From Promethearchaeota archaeon (lineage in GTDB: Archaea; Asgardarchaeota; Lokiarchaeia; Sigyniarchaeales; SOKP01): a stretch of 32,000 nucleotides of DNA. The notes under the pieces were generated by a model that was given only the letters and a program-made list of their open reading frames with translations, searched no databases and was not told the origin of the DNA. Below, piece by piece: positions 7,809-18,567 of this stretch. The stretch lies in NCBI GenBank assembly GCA_030606485.1, contig JAUWGH010000002.1, positions 180,001 to 212,000 of the forward strand, written 5' to 3'. Numbering within the stretch: the stretch's first letter is position 1; the number at the start of each line of letters is the position of its first letter. The position numbers and the translations under genes were made by a program.

Positions 7809-10718
7809 TTATATAATTTGATTTATTTTTTTCAATATTTTGGGGATTTCTTTAGAATAATCAACTATTTTTTCTTTATAGGTATCTCTAAGTTCAGTAA
7901 AATCATCATATTTTTTATTTTTAATTTTATTCACGAAATTAACACCTAATTCAGATAATTCCCCAAATAATTGATTTATCTGTCTATCCTTCTCAATTAT
8001 GGTTGAATCAATCTTCTTCCTTTTCTTTCGTATATAATTTCTTAACTTACCTCGAGGAATCCGCAAATCTTCAATCATTTTATCACAATGGATAAGTAAA
8101 TTATACGCAAGAACTTTTTCTCCCTCCTTTAACGAGTCTTCGATTACTTCAGTTCTCCAAGTTAAAATTCTACCTCTAGCGTAAGTATCAGGGTTCAAAG
8201 ATATACTATCTATTTTTTGTTTAATTAAAAATTTTAAAAACTCTGGATAATCACTAGGAGCCTGGCCGCAAATCCCCACGTATTTTCTGCGTTCGTGAGC
8301 AACTTTTATTAAATGTTCAATAGCTCGCTTAATTGCTTCACTATTGGCGATATAATTATATTTTTCCGCAAGAGGGAATAATTTTTGATTATCTCTACCA
8401 CAACCAAAGACTAACTGTGTTAAATCATTTGAACCAATTGAAAATCCATCAAAATAATTACAAAAAATGTCAGCTAGAAATATGTTTGATGGAATTTCTG
8501 CCATCACATAAACTTTTAATCCATCTTGACCTCTTACAAGTCCTTCCACTTGCATTAATTTAATAATTGCTTCTGCTTCATCTGGGGTTCTACAAAATGG
8601 AACCATAGGAGTAATATTTGTCAAACCCCATGATCGAGCTCTTTTCATAGCACGTAATTCCAAACGAAATGCTTCCTCGAAATCTTCAGAAACATATCTT
8701 GAACCACCTCTAAATCCTAGCATTGGATTATTTTCATCATGTTCGTATAACCAGCCGCCAATAAGATTTTTATATTCATTTGTTTTAAAATCGGAAAGCC
8801 TTACCACAGCTTCAGCAATAGAACCATCGTGTAAAGTTTTCCAAACTCCAGCAGCTATTGTTGCAATACCCTCAGCTAACTTTTGAACATAGTATTCCTC
8901 TTTATTATCATATCCAGCTGTAAGTTCTGCAATTTTTTCTAAAGTATTTTTTAAATTCTCGATTTTTTGTACGAATGGATCTTTTTTTGTTAAATCACTC
9001 TTTTTTAATGATTCAATTTGTTCTTTTTTTTCTAATAATTCATGCATATAAATAATTAAATCATCAAAATGTAATAATGCATTAGGATGAATTTGGATCA
9101 AATCATTGATAATAAATTCTAATCTTGCAAGACCTGTTCCATCGGGATATTTTCCGGATGATAAGGCTCCTTTTGGAATCCCAAGATTTACTAAAATTTT
9201 GGTTTTAGTTCTTGGTAAGTTATTAAACTCTATTGTATCATAATCAAACTCAACTTCTCCGCCCCAGATTCTTGCTTCTCCTTCAGAACAATCAATAGTA
9301 ATCGAAAGATTCCCTTTTCTTGCATATTCCTTAAGAATTTGGACAATATTATCAGCACCTACAATTGAAGCTAGTTCTAATTCACGTGAAACAATGGCAG
9401 CATGACACGTTGGTCCACCTCTTTCAGTTATTACTCCATTTAGATTTTGCATATAAGAAGTCCAATCAGGATTAGTTTCTAAAGTAACTAATATATCTCC
9501 CTCCTCCAGAAGATGAGCATAATTAATATCTTCAATTACTTTTAATCTACCAATTGCGATTTTACGACCAATAGCAGTACCATTTGAACTTATCAATTTG
9601 TTATTTTTTTTTAAATCTTGAGTATTTTCAATCAAATAATAGATTTCTTCTTTATCCCCCTTTATCGAATGAACTGTTTCTGGACGCGCTTGGACAATAT
9701 AAATCTTATCATTATTTCCTATAGCCCATTCTATATCCATACGCTTTCCATAATGTTCTCGAATTTTCATACCATATTTGGCAAGTTCAATTGCTTGTTC
9801 TCCAGTCAAGCAGAAATGATTTTGCAATTCAACAGGAACGGGAATTGTTTTTGTTCCGCCGATTTCTGTATCGAATACTAATTGATTCTTTTTAGTAACA
9901 AGATCACTGGCAATTATTGTAAGACCTTTTGGATTATGTTTGAAAATAATATTTTCATCTCCTTCTTCTGCTCCCTGGACAATTAATTCTCCTAAACCCC
10001 ATACGCCTCTTATAACAATAACATTTTCGTTTCCTGAATCTGGATCTTCTGTAAACATTACTCCTGATGACTTTACTCCACCTAAGCCACCTGCCATTTC
10101 TTGAACTCCAACAGCTAATTTAACATCAAAATGATCATAACCCGATCTCTCTCTATAAGCTGTAGCACGCGTAGTGAAGATTGAGGCCATATCTTTTAAA
10201 ATATATTTTAAAATATTTTCTTCGCCACTAATATTTAAGTGAGTATCTTGTTGCCCTGCAAAACTTGATTCTGGTAAATCTTCTGCAGTTGCACTGGAAC
10301 GGATTGCAAATGATGTATCTTCTCCAATTTTTTCTAGTAATTTATGATAAGCATCTAAAATTTCATCTTGCATACTATCAGGTATTTGGGATTGTTCAAT
10401 TGCAGTTCTAATGCTTGCACAAATCTGATCTACTCTCTGTATTGCCGAAATATCCTCACTTTGTAGTTCTTTTTTTATTGAACCAATTTGTCTTCGAATA
10501 TATTCTTTTAGTGTAATTTCTTCATTTTTTATTGTATAATAATTATTTTCCAAAATGTAGTCAAATGCACTAGCACTTACTGCAAATCCTAATGGAACAG
10601 GTATACCAAAACTTAATAATTCACCTAAACTTGCGTTCTTACCTCCTACGAGGTCAATATCAGAGGTCCTTACATCCTCAAAAAACTTAATAAATCGATA
10701 ATTGCTTAAAGACGACAT
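7809..10718 (-). CDS. ppsA: Phosphoenolpyruvate synthase (pyruvate, water dikinase)
   Basis: VGGKNASLGEL, AIRSSATAEDL..SFAGQQDT, DIEWA, IVQARPET, phospho-His GGPTCHAAIVSRE, MAEIPSN, FSIGSNDLTQ, GICGQAPSD. Confidence 0.96.
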   Translation of the reverse strand: MSSLSNYRFIKFFEDVRTSDIDLVGGKNASLGELLSFGIPVPLGFAVSASAFDYILENNYYTIKNEEITLKEYIRRQIGSIKKELQSEDISAIQRVDQICASIRTAIEQSQIPDSMQDEILDAYHKLLEKIGEDTSFAIRSSATAEDLPESSFAGQQDTHLNISGEENILKYILKDMASIFTTRATAYRERSGYDHFDVKLAVGVQEMAGGLGGVKSSGVMFTEDPDSGNENVIVIRGVWGLGELIVQGAEEGDENIIFKHNPKGLTIIASDLVTKKNQLVFDTEIGGTKTIPVPVELQNHFCLTGEQAIELAKYGMKIREHYGKRMDIEWAIGNNDKIYIVQARPETVHSIKGDKEEIYYLIENTQDLKKNNKLISSNGTAIGRKIAIGRLKVIEDINYAHLLEEGDILVTLETNPDWTSYMQNLNGVITERGGPTCHAAIVSRELELASIVGADNIVQILKEYARKGNLSITIDCSEGEARIWGGEVEFDYDTIEFNNLPRTKTKILVNLGIPKGALSSGKYPDGTGLARLEFIINDLIQIHPNALLHFDDLIIYMHELLEKKEQIESLKKSDLTKKDPFVQKIENLKNTLEKIAELTAGYDNKEEYYVQKLAEGIATIAAGVWKTLHDGSIAEAVVRLSDFKTNEYKNLIGGWLYEHDENNPMLGFRGGSRYVSEDFEEAFRLELRAMKRARSWGLTNITPMVPFCRTPDEAEAIIKLMQVEGLVRGQDGLKVYVMAEIPSNIFLADIFCNYFDGFSIGSNDLTQLVFGCGRDNQKLFPLAEKYNYIANSEAIKRAIEHLIKVAHERRKYVGICGQAPSDYPEFLKFLIKQKIDSISLNPDTYARGRILTWRTEVIEDSLKEGEKVLAYNLLIHCDKMIEDLRIPRGKLRNYIRKKRKKIDSTIIEKDRQINQLFGELSELGVNFVNKIKNKKYDDFTELRDTYKEKIVDYSKEIPKILKKINQII

Positions 10719-10902
10719 AAGTATATCAAAATTTAATTATTGATTTGATAAAATTAATTTATTAGTATTTTAATAAACAATTTGATTATAAGATTGTTTT
10801 GATTTTTATATTTAATTAGTATAGTTAAAATTTAATCATTTAGTTTAAAATTTTTAATATAGATAAAAAATAAAAATTACTCATAAATAAGAGATGGTAT
10901 AG

Positions 10903-11832
10903 TTAACAGAAAATTCTAAAAAAGAAATAAAATATAATCATTTAACTCTTTATATTATTATTGTACTATGTATTTCCTTTAGTGTATTTGGAGTATTTTA
11001 TGTTTTAGGACTTATTTTCCAATTTTTATCCAGTGAAATAATTAACATTTTCGTTTTAGCATATATGTTTCTGCCAACTTTAACAGCAATTTTTATCCAA
11101 AAATTTATCCGAAAGGAAAAGATTTTAAATATTAAGGGGTTAAAATTTGGAAGATTCACTTATTATTTAATTGCAATTGTTTTAAGCTTTATAATTGTAT
11201 TTTTAGCATTATTTATTGCTCTCTCCTTTCCTGGAGTAGAGTATGATAAAAACTTAGAGATCTTGCAACAATATGCAGATTTACCAGCATATTTATTATC
11301 GCTGCCAGACCCCGCCAAGATTTATATTTTAATAAATATTCCCAATGCAATTATTATTGGTGCTACATATAATGCATTTTTTGCATTTGGTGAAGAGCTA
11401 GGTTGGAGAGGATTTATGTTAGATTCATTGTATAAAAAAAAAATTGGATTTTGGAAGGCATCAATTTTAATTGGAATTGTGTGGGGTTTTTGGCACGCAC
11501 CTTTAATTTTATTTTTTGGACTTAATTATCCCGAACACCGAATTGAAGGGGTTTTTATGATGGTTGGTTTTACAGTATTACTATCACCAATTCTAACGTA
11601 TTTAACACTAAAGGGTGAATCAGTTTTCATTGCCTCAGTTTTCCACGGAACACTTAATGCAATTGCCGGAATTTCTATAGTCCTAAAAGGTGGAAATGAT
11701 TTAGTAAATTCTGTGGCTGGATTATCTGGATTCATTGCTTTAATCATTCTTAACATAATAATGGTAACTATTGATAGGTTTCTCATAAAGAATCCAATAA
11801 TAAAACAAAAAGAGAAGTCTAGTGTAAATTAA
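10903..11832 (+). CDS. CPBP/Abi (CAAX type II) intramembrane metalloprotease; start uncertain (frame open from 10903, first ATG at 11065)
   Basis: GEELGWRG, WGFWHAP and HGTLN motifs in a multi-TM protein. The frame extends 54 codons upstream of 11065 and encodes a further TM helix. Confidence 0.85.
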   Translation, partial: LTENSKKEIKYNHLTLYIIIVLCISFSVFGVFYVLGLIFQFLSSEIINIFVLAYMFLPTLTAIFIQKFIRKEKILNIKGLKFGRFTYYLIAIVLSFIIVFLALFIALSFPGVEYDKNLEILQQYADLPAYLLSLPDPAKIYILINIPNAIIIGATYNAFFAFGEELGWRGFMLDSLYKKKIGFWKASILIGIVWGFWHAPLILFFGLNYPEHRIEGVFMMVGFTVLLSPILTYLTLKGESVFIASVFHGTLNAIAGISIVLKGGNDLVNSVAGLSGFIALIILNIIMVTIDRFLIKNPIIKQKEKSSVN

Positions 11833-11897
11833 TTATTCTTTTCAGAAATAATATTGCAAAAAAATTGGAAATAAAATAAGAAAATTAAATTAGACTC

Positions 11898-13532
11898 TTA
11901 TTTTTGCTTTTCTATATCTCTTAATTCTCGATGAAGGACTTTTCCGACTATTGTTTTTGGTAATTCTTCAATGAATTCCACGTATCGCGGATATTTATCA
12001 AAACCCATATTTTCTTTAGCCCAATCAATTATATCTTGCTCAGAAATTTTACCTTTAAATTCTTCCTTTAAAACAACATAAGCTTTTATGTTTTCATTAC
12101 CATCATCATCGATAATCCCAATTACACCACATTCTTCAATTACTTCGTTATGATACAATAGATCTTCGACTTCTGCGGGATAAACGGAATGCCCTTTATA
12201 TTTTATCAAATTTTTAAGTCTATCTTTTATTACAAAATATCCATCTTCATCCATTAAGGCTAAATCACCTGTCCATAACCACCCATCTTTTATCGTATCA
12301 TTTGTTTCTTTTTCTCTCTTATAGTAACCTTTCATCATTTGTGGACCTCTTACAACCAATTCTCCTACTTCATTAATTCCAAGAGTATTTCCTTCAGGAT
12401 CACAAATCTTTATATCAGTGTTAGGTACTGGCATTCCTATTGTATCATTTTTAAATATTCCTTCAAATGGGTTTGCTGTAACAAGAGGAGACATTTCTGT
12501 TAGCCCATATGCATTACGGAGCTTAGCACCTGTTAATTCTTCGAATCTTTTTCCTATCTCATCTGGAAGTGGACCTGCAGAACTAACACAATATTTTATG
12601 TAAGATAAATCATGTTTTTCTATTCCTTCATAATTATTTAAATTATTATATAACGCAGCAACACCAGGAAAGAACGTTACTCTCGCACCCTCAATAACCT
12701 CCAATACTTCATGAGATTCCCGAGGATTAAATACACAAGCAAGTTTCCATCCACAATGAATGGCAATATTCATCATAAATCCCATATAAATATGATAAAA
12801 AGGCAAAGCGGCAAGTAGAACTTCTTTTCCAAGTTCCTTCTCAGGAAACCATGCTTCTCCTTGAAAGACATTTGCTACTATGCTTCCATGAGTTAGGATT
12901 GCACCTTTTGGATAACCCGTAGTTCCTCCTGTATATTGTAACATGGCAATATCATCTTGAGTTAGTTTAACATCCGGAGGATTTGGCTTAGTCTCACGAA
13001 GTATGTCTTCAAATGTAGGTTCACCACTAGTCGGATATTCAGGCTTTGCCATTGGGTCTGGTGATAAATAAGGACCAAGATTACTAAAAAATTTATGTTT
13101 GACCCCTGTTTGATCAATAATTGGATTAACTATCGAGTTAAAACCCTCCCAACCAATATAGACTTTAGCTTCACTATCATTTAATTGCCTTTTAATTTCC
13201 AAACTTTTAAATAATGGAGAGATAGTAGTAACAATGGCTCCGATTTTTAAGATACCATAATAATACGCAACAAATGCCGGATTATTAGTAAAATGTATTG
13301 CTACACAATCACCTTTTTTAATACCAAGCTCAGTTAATTTTGTGGCTACGCGAGATACAATATCCCGTAATTGAGTATATGTAAGCTCAAAACCCATAAA
13401 GTAAGTTACAAAATTATTAGGATAAGTTTTAACTGAATCTTCAAAAAAGTCTACAAGTGTTTTATTTGGAATATTGACTTCTTTAGGAACACTTTTAGGC
13501 CAATGTTTGTAATATATTTTTTGATCTGACAT
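11898..13532 (-). CDS. Long-chain fatty-acid--CoA ligase / AMP-binding enzyme
   Basis: YTGGTTGYPKG, YGLTE, WTGDLA, DRLKNLIKYKGHSVYPAEVE, PKTIVGKV. Confidence 0.93.
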   Translation of the reverse strand: MSDQKIYYKHWPKSVPKEVNIPNKTLVDFFEDSVKTYPNNFVTYFMGFELTYTQLRDIVSRVATKLTELGIKKGDCVAIHFTNNPAFVAYYYGILKIGAIVTTISPLFKSLEIKRQLNDSEAKVYIGWEGFNSIVNPIIDQTGVKHKFFSNLGPYLSPDPMAKPEYPTSGEPTFEDILRETKPNPPDVKLTQDDIAMLQYTGGTTGYPKGAILTHGSIVANVFQGEAWFPEKELGKEVLLAALPFYHIYMGFMMNIAIHCGWKLACVFNPRESHEVLEVIEGARVTFFPGVAALYNNLNNYEGIEKHDLSYIKYCVSSAGPLPDEIGKRFEELTGAKLRNAYGLTEMSPLVTANPFEGIFKNDTIGMPVPNTDIKICDPEGNTLGINEVGELVVRGPQMMKGYYKREKETNDTIKDGWLWTGDLALMDEDGYFVIKDRLKNLIKYKGHSVYPAEVEDLLYHNEVIEECGVIGIIDDDGNENIKAYVVLKEEFKGKISEQDIIDWAKENMGFDKYPRYVEFIEELPKTIVGKVLHRELRDIEKQK

Positions 13533-13691
13533 AAATTTAGTTTAAATATTATTATATTTAACTTTAATTTTTCCCATAAAAGTAAAACATTAAGGGGGAC
13601 TACTTTTATTTATAAAATTCTCAAAGAGCTTAATTCTTAGTATTATTTACAAAAAAATTTGTAAATATATATTTATTTTTAGATGACAATT

Positions 13692-14219
13692 TTATCCAAA
13701 ATTGTCTAATACTCGCTTGAAAATATCATAAGCGTCTTTAGTGTATAAGCAAAATATTACTTTAAGATTTTGAGTTTCTGATTTAAGATATTGGTTAGTG
13801 GAAGAAATCATTATTTTTGCGCATTTATCAATTGGATAACCGAAAATTCCTGTAGAGATCGCTGGAAATGCAATTGATTTCAACTTATGCTTATCCATTA
13901 GTTTAAGACTATTTAAAGTGGCATTTTTCAGCTTCTCATCTTCATTTCCTTCTCCCATTCGAGGACCTACAGCATGAATAACAAATCGTGATTTCAAGTT
14001 TCCACCAGTAGTAATGACTGCAGTGCCAACTCGAGTCCCACCGATTTTATTACATTCTTCTTGAATTGTAGGACCTCCTTTGCGACGTATAGCTCCAGCA
14101 ACACCACCACCTAGTATTAATTGAGAATTAGCTGCATTTACTATTGCATCAGTATTACATTCTGTAATATCGCCTTGTTTTAATTCAATAACCGAATTTT
14201 TTATCTTTAAACTGTCCAT
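13692..14219 (-). CDS. MacroD-type macrodomain (ADP-ribose/O-acetyl-ADP-ribose hydrolase-like)
   Basis: GDITE, AIVNAAN, GGGVAGAI, HAVGP, AFPAISTGIFGYP. Confidence 0.95.
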   Translation of the reverse strand: MDSLKIKNSVIELKQGDITECNTDAIVNAANSQLILGGGVAGAIRRKGGPTIQEECNKIGGTRVGTAVITTGGNLKSRFVIHAVGPRMGEGNEDEKLKNATLNSLKLMDKHKLKSIAFPAISTGIFGYPIDKCAKIMISSTNQYLKSETQNLKVIFCLYTKDAYDIFKRVLDNFG

Positions 14220-14305
14220 ATTTTTATTTATTTTAAATAATATTGATTTTATACTGATTATTAGTTAATCTTCAATTTGGTTTTGAACATATCTTGCGAA
14301 AATGG

Positions 14306-15037
14306 TTATTTTTCAGAAACGTCGCGAGATTTGCCAAAAACTTCATTAATTTTCTTTTTATCTTCTTCGCTCATACTTTCCATTGCTTCTTTATTTTGTT
14401 TGATTAATTCCATCATTACATCTTTTTGAATAATTTGATGCAATACGGGAATATTAATCCTTATCCTTGTAAGTTCAGTAAACATCAGTTTGGCAGTTTC
14501 TCTCATTTTTTCTAATTCTTCTTTCGTCATACCCTCTTGACCTACTCCGGGGCAATCCACATCAACAATAGAATAATTTTTTCCGTCAAATTCCAATGGA
14601 TAAGTCCTGCAACTGAGCGGTCTATTCTCATAAATTAAACATTCCTTTTTCTCTAGATTATATAAAGGGCATTTTTCATCCAACAATTCTTCAATTGGAG
14701 TAGATGCAAACGGATCTAATGAAGTTGCTTTTTGATCTGCATCATCTTTTGGGATTGGGATTGGTTTAAGTATAAGATCCAAATTTCCAGCGGGATTCTT
14801 ATACAGTTCTAAATATGGCATAAAGTTGATCAAAACTCCGTTTCGAGCCCACATTTCTAAATCCCAAAATGTCAGAGGAACAGGACCTCTTTCAGCGCAA
14901 CATTTATTACATCTTGTGCAATTAAAAGTAAATTTCGCTTTCTTCTTTTCTTCCTGTTTCACTTCAGTTTCTTTACTTTCATTAGTATTTATTTCTTCAT
15001 TTTCTTCTTTTTTTTCATTATTTAAATCTTCAGACAT
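14306..15037 (-). CDS. YkgJ family Cys-cluster (putative Zn/Fe-S chelating) protein
   Basis: CTRCNKCC, KCPLY, CLIYENRPLSCRTYPL, CPG. Confidence 0.9.
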   Translation of the reverse strand: MSEDLNNEKKEENEEINTNESKETEVKQEEKKKAKFTFNCTRCNKCCAERGPVPLTFWDLEMWARNGVLINFMPYLELYKNPAGNLDLILKPIPIPKDDADQKATSLDPFASTPIEELLDEKCPLYNLEKKECLIYENRPLSCRTYPLEFDGKNYSIVDVDCPGVGQEGMTKEELEKMRETAKLMFTELTRIRINIPVLHQIIQKDVMMELIKQNKEAMESMSEEDKKKINEVFGKSRDVSEK

Positions 15038-15166
15038 TTAGAATAACTCCTCAATTATTATAAATAAGAAAAAATAACATCAAAAAAAAATTTTGCCTTT
15101 AGATTTATTTTTAAAAATAAATACTATGTTAATTTCAATAAATTAATACTATTTGAGGTTTGTAAA

Positions 15167-16255
15167 ATGAATTTTGAAGAAGATTTTAAAATTATAAAAA
15201 ATCTTACTGAAATCCAAGGATGCTCAGGAAATGAAGGTAAAATAAGAGAATATATTAAAAAAATAATTACACCGTATTGTTCGAAAGTAGAGATTGATTC
15301 TATTGGTAATTTATTTGGTTTCATTAATGGAGAAAAAATAGGAGACACTAAGACAAAATTAAATATCTTATTAGATGCACACGCGGATGAGATTGGGTTT
15401 ATGGTAAGGTTTATTGACAAAAAAGGTTTTATCAGATTTTCCCAAGTAGGTGGCCAAAATCCACGAATTCTTCCTGGGCAAATAGTTACTGTTCATTCGA
15501 GTTCGGGACAAGATATTATTGGAATTATTGGAGAAAAACCGTTACATCTTCTTAAACAAGAAGAAAAAAAAAAAATAAGTAAGATAGAAGATCTATTTAT
15601 AGATATCGGCACTAAAGATGAACAGGAATGTAAAGAATTGGTTTCTGTAGGGGATTACATTACATTCAAGCAAGAGTGTTCAAGATTGATAAAAAATCAG
15701 AGAATCTTTGCAAAATCATTCGACGACCGAGCAGGCTGCTTTGTCCTTATGAAATTAATTATGGAAATTTCTCAGATTTCCGATAAATTACCTCATAATT
15801 TAATATTTTTATTTTCCAGCCAGGAAGAAATTGGAACAAGAGGGGCAACTGTTGGATCATATAAGATTTCTCCTGATATTGGATTAGCGGTTGAGGTAAA
15901 TCACGCAATTGATTTTCCCGGAATTGATAAGGAAAAATATTTTGAATGTTCATTGGGATCCGGAGTAGCAATAAGAGTAGGCCCAAATATGCATTCAAAA
16001 TTAAGTAAAACGTTAATTGATCTAGCTAAAAAAGAGAATATTCCTTTTACTTTAAGAGCAGAGCCAAATATAACCCCTACAAATGCACGAGTAATTCAAA
16101 TGACTAAATCTGGTGTTCCATGTGCGCTAGTTGGAGTCCCACTAAGATATATGCATACAAATGTAGAAACAATTCAATATTCAGATATAATTCATACAGT
16201 GAATTTATTGAAATCTTTTCTATTAAATGATCTAACGGGAGTATTAATCTTGTAA
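15167..16255 (+). CDS. M42 (TET-type) aminopeptidase
   Basis: LDAHADEIG, DDRAGC, QEEIG.RGA, PLRYMHT.VE. Confidence 0.93.
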   Translation: MNFEEDFKIIKNLTEIQGCSGNEGKIREYIKKIITPYCSKVEIDSIGNLFGFINGEKIGDTKTKLNILLDAHADEIGFMVRFIDKKGFIRFSQVGGQNPRILPGQIVTVHSSSGQDIIGIIGEKPLHLLKQEEKKKISKIEDLFIDIGTKDEQECKELVSVGDYITFKQECSRLIKNQRIFAKSFDDRAGCFVLMKLIMEISQISDKLPHNLIFLFSSQEEIGTRGATVGSYKISPDIGLAVEVNHAIDFPGIDKEKYFECSLGSGVAIRVGPNMHSKLSKTLIDLAKKENIPFTLRAEPNITPTNARVIQMTKSGVPCALVGVPLRYMHTNVETIQYSDIIHTVNLLKSFLLNDLTGVLIL

Positions 16256-17740
16256 AATTCTTGAGATTTCTTGATTAGCTCTTTCATAGGTTTCTTTTGA
16301 TATAATTTGGTGCTCATATAAAGTATTAAATAACTCCTTATCAATAACCTCTTTTCTACCATCATTGAACTCAACAACATCGACTTCTAAGTCTAAATAA
16401 TGAATTTCCGTAGGCCGAATTTCAATAGGTGTATTAATATTATAATATGCACCCTTAAAGGAATCATTACGATCAAAATATTCGTTCTTATAACTCCATT
16501 CTCCTTCGATGAAATGAACTAAAGCATAATCTCCTTTTTCAATTGGAATATTTAAACCATCATAATGTCCTCCCGATTTAAATCCCCTTTTTACCTTGAG
16601 TTCGAATGGAGTTTTCTCACTTTTTTCAATTATTTTCCCTGGCGATAAAGATTCAACCTTAAATAAAATTTTTTGATGATTTATTGGAATATATATGTCT
16701 TTTTGAAAATATTTCTCATGAATAAATTCAATAAATGAAGAATTAATTCTTTGTTCTTCTTCAGGAAATTTTTCCAATAAATATTCATTGAAATCAATAA
16801 TCATTTCAAATTTTTGAGATTGAAGGTTAAAGCTTGATTTAAATGAATGATGGTATTGAATAGTTTTACATATTTTACGCCTAAATTCATCCATTTTTAG
16901 TTTTAAATTTCCAGAAAATAAGTAATGAAATGAAATTGTATCTCGATATACAAGTCCAATATCTTGCTTTTGCTTCATTTTTAATTCTATTGATTTCTTT
17001 AATTCTAATATCTCATCAAATTCATCTCGAAGATCTTCCTCATTAGCATGCATAGCAGCAGTCCGAAAAATGATATCAATTCCTGTTAGTTCAAATGATT
17101 TTCCTAAATTAAACAATTTTGATTTAAGATTTGATGATTGAATCTTTTTGCTAAATAAGATTCTTGAATTACCTTTTAATAATAATACAAGATAATTTCC
17201 ACTTAAAGAGTTAAATGGCATTAAAATAGGAGGATTTCTTCCAGAATCTTCCTGAATTACTTGAAAAAAACCTTCGAAATTTTTATCGTAATAGGAATAA
17301 ATAATTCCATAATCTGGTTTATAATCATTTGTTGAGAGAAGTTGATTATCTTTACCGTAATCATTTTCCGTCTTTAAATCTACAATTGAATAACCCCGAT
17401 TTTTATATGTTCTTATAACCTTTCCTTTATATATTGAATTACGTGAATATTTTGAAATGAGAGTAACCAAATCTGGAAAAATTTTTTGATTTAAAGGCAA
17501 TTGTGAGATCAATTCTATAGGATATTCAATGTGTTTTTTAAATAAAAAAATATAAACAATTATCCCCTGATTATCATCGCGATCTTGAATAGTTACTTCC
17601 TTTATTTTATTTTCCTTGTCCGGTGTTAAATTAAATCTTCTCTGAATTAGTGGAGATGGATAGATTATATTATATCCCGCGTTTAGAAAAAGGTCGGTTA
17701 AGGCGGTTGAATATATACCACGAAGAAAAACATTTTTCAT
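16244..17740 (-). CDS. fau-1: FAU-1 family RNA-binding protein/ribonuclease (RNase E/G-like plus DUF402)
   Basis: N-terminal VFLRGIYSTALT; C-terminal YYNINTPIEI and YLDLEVDVV. Start placed at MKNVF rather than 17755. Confidence 0.85.
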   Translation of the reverse strand: MKNVFLRGIYSTALTDLFLNAGYNIIYPSPLIQRRFNLTPDKENKIKEVTIQDRDDNQGIIVYIFLFKKHIEYPIELISQLPLNQKIFPDLVTLISKYSRNSIYKGKVIRTYKNRGYSIVDLKTENDYGKDNQLLSTNDYKPDYGIIYSYYDKNFEGFFQVIQEDSGRNPPILMPFNSLSGNYLVLLLKGNSRILFSKKIQSSNLKSKLFNLGKSFELTGIDIIFRTAAMHANEEDLRDEFDEILELKKSIELKMKQKQDIGLVYRDTISFHYLFSGNLKLKMDEFRRKICKTIQYHHSFKSSFNLQSQKFEMIIDFNEYLLEKFPEEEQRINSSFIEFIHEKYFQKDIYIPINHQKILFKVESLSPGKIIEKSEKTPFELKVKRGFKSGGHYDGLNIPIEKGDYALVHFIEGEWSYKNEYFDRNDSFKGAYYNINTPIEIRPTEIHYLDLEVDVVEFNDGRKEVIDKELFNTLYEHQIISKETYERANQEISRILQD

Positions 17741-17887
17741 TTTAATATATCTCAAAAAGGAAAAATACTTTATTTTATTTACTACATTGATTTAAAAAAA
17801 TTTTTCATTAATAATAAATAAGTTCAAAAACTTTTAATTAGAAAAATAAATCTTAAATAAATTAAATAAAAACAGAATTATTCATTC

Positions 17888-18550
17888 ATGAAGCCACCAG
17901 AAATTGAATTTGAAGGAAAAAAATATATTTTTTCAATAAAATCATTGATTATTTTTGCAATAGGAACTCCATTAATTTCAATTTTAATTTATTTTAGTCA
18001 TGATTGGGTTTGGCTTCATGAAATTGTTATAAAACAAACCGTTTTTTTTATGAACCTTCTGACAGAGATGGGAGCTGAAGCCGTTTATAACCCCTATGGG
18101 CCTTATTATTGGTATTTTGTGATCCCTGGAAAGCCGAATATTGGCTTCGAGACATTCTGCACAGGGATTCAAGCAATCGCTATATTTGCAGGAATTATTA
18201 TCTCAATTCCACACTCAAAAGATCCAATCACAAGTAAAAATATATGGTGGAGAAAACTTAAAGCTCTAATTATCTCTTCTATAATATTTTATGTTGTAAA
18301 TATTATCCGGATGGTTATACAACTCTATTTATATTATATTGGCTATGCTTGGGATGATATACACTACTCTATTTCTGCAGCAAGTTCATTTATTGCGGCA
18401 ATTATTATTTTATTGCTTCATAAATGGATTCCGGAATTTATCATATCAATTATTTATGCGGGAATATTAATTAAAAGAAAAATTAAAGGTTCTAAAGAGA
18501 TTGAATCAAGTACTTTATCAAATGAACAAAATAAAATTGAAAAGAATTAA
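17888..18550 (+). CDS. Exosortase/archaeosortase family transpeptidase
   Basis: Multi-TM protein with the Cys-Arg-His catalytic set: ETFCTGIQ, VNIIRMV, DIHYS. Confidence 0.85.
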   Translation: MKPPEIEFEGKKYIFSIKSLIIFAIGTPLISILIYFSHDWVWLHEIVIKQTVFFMNLLTEMGAEAVYNPYGPYYWYFVIPGKPNIGFETFCTGIQAIAIFAGIIISIPHSKDPITSKNIWWRKLKALIISSIIFYVVNIIRMVIQLYLYYIGYAWDDIHYSISAASSFIAAIIILLLHKWIPEFIISIIYAGILIKRKIKGSKEIESSTLSNEQNKIEKN

Positions 18551-18567
18551 TCTTTGTGAATTGAAAT

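Noticed and set aside
13576-13609. 9-bp inverted repeat ATAAAAGTA/TACTTTTAT upstream of the acyl-CoA ligase
   Set aside because: Almost all A/T with a 16-nt spacer; expected by chance at this composition, and no second instance was found.
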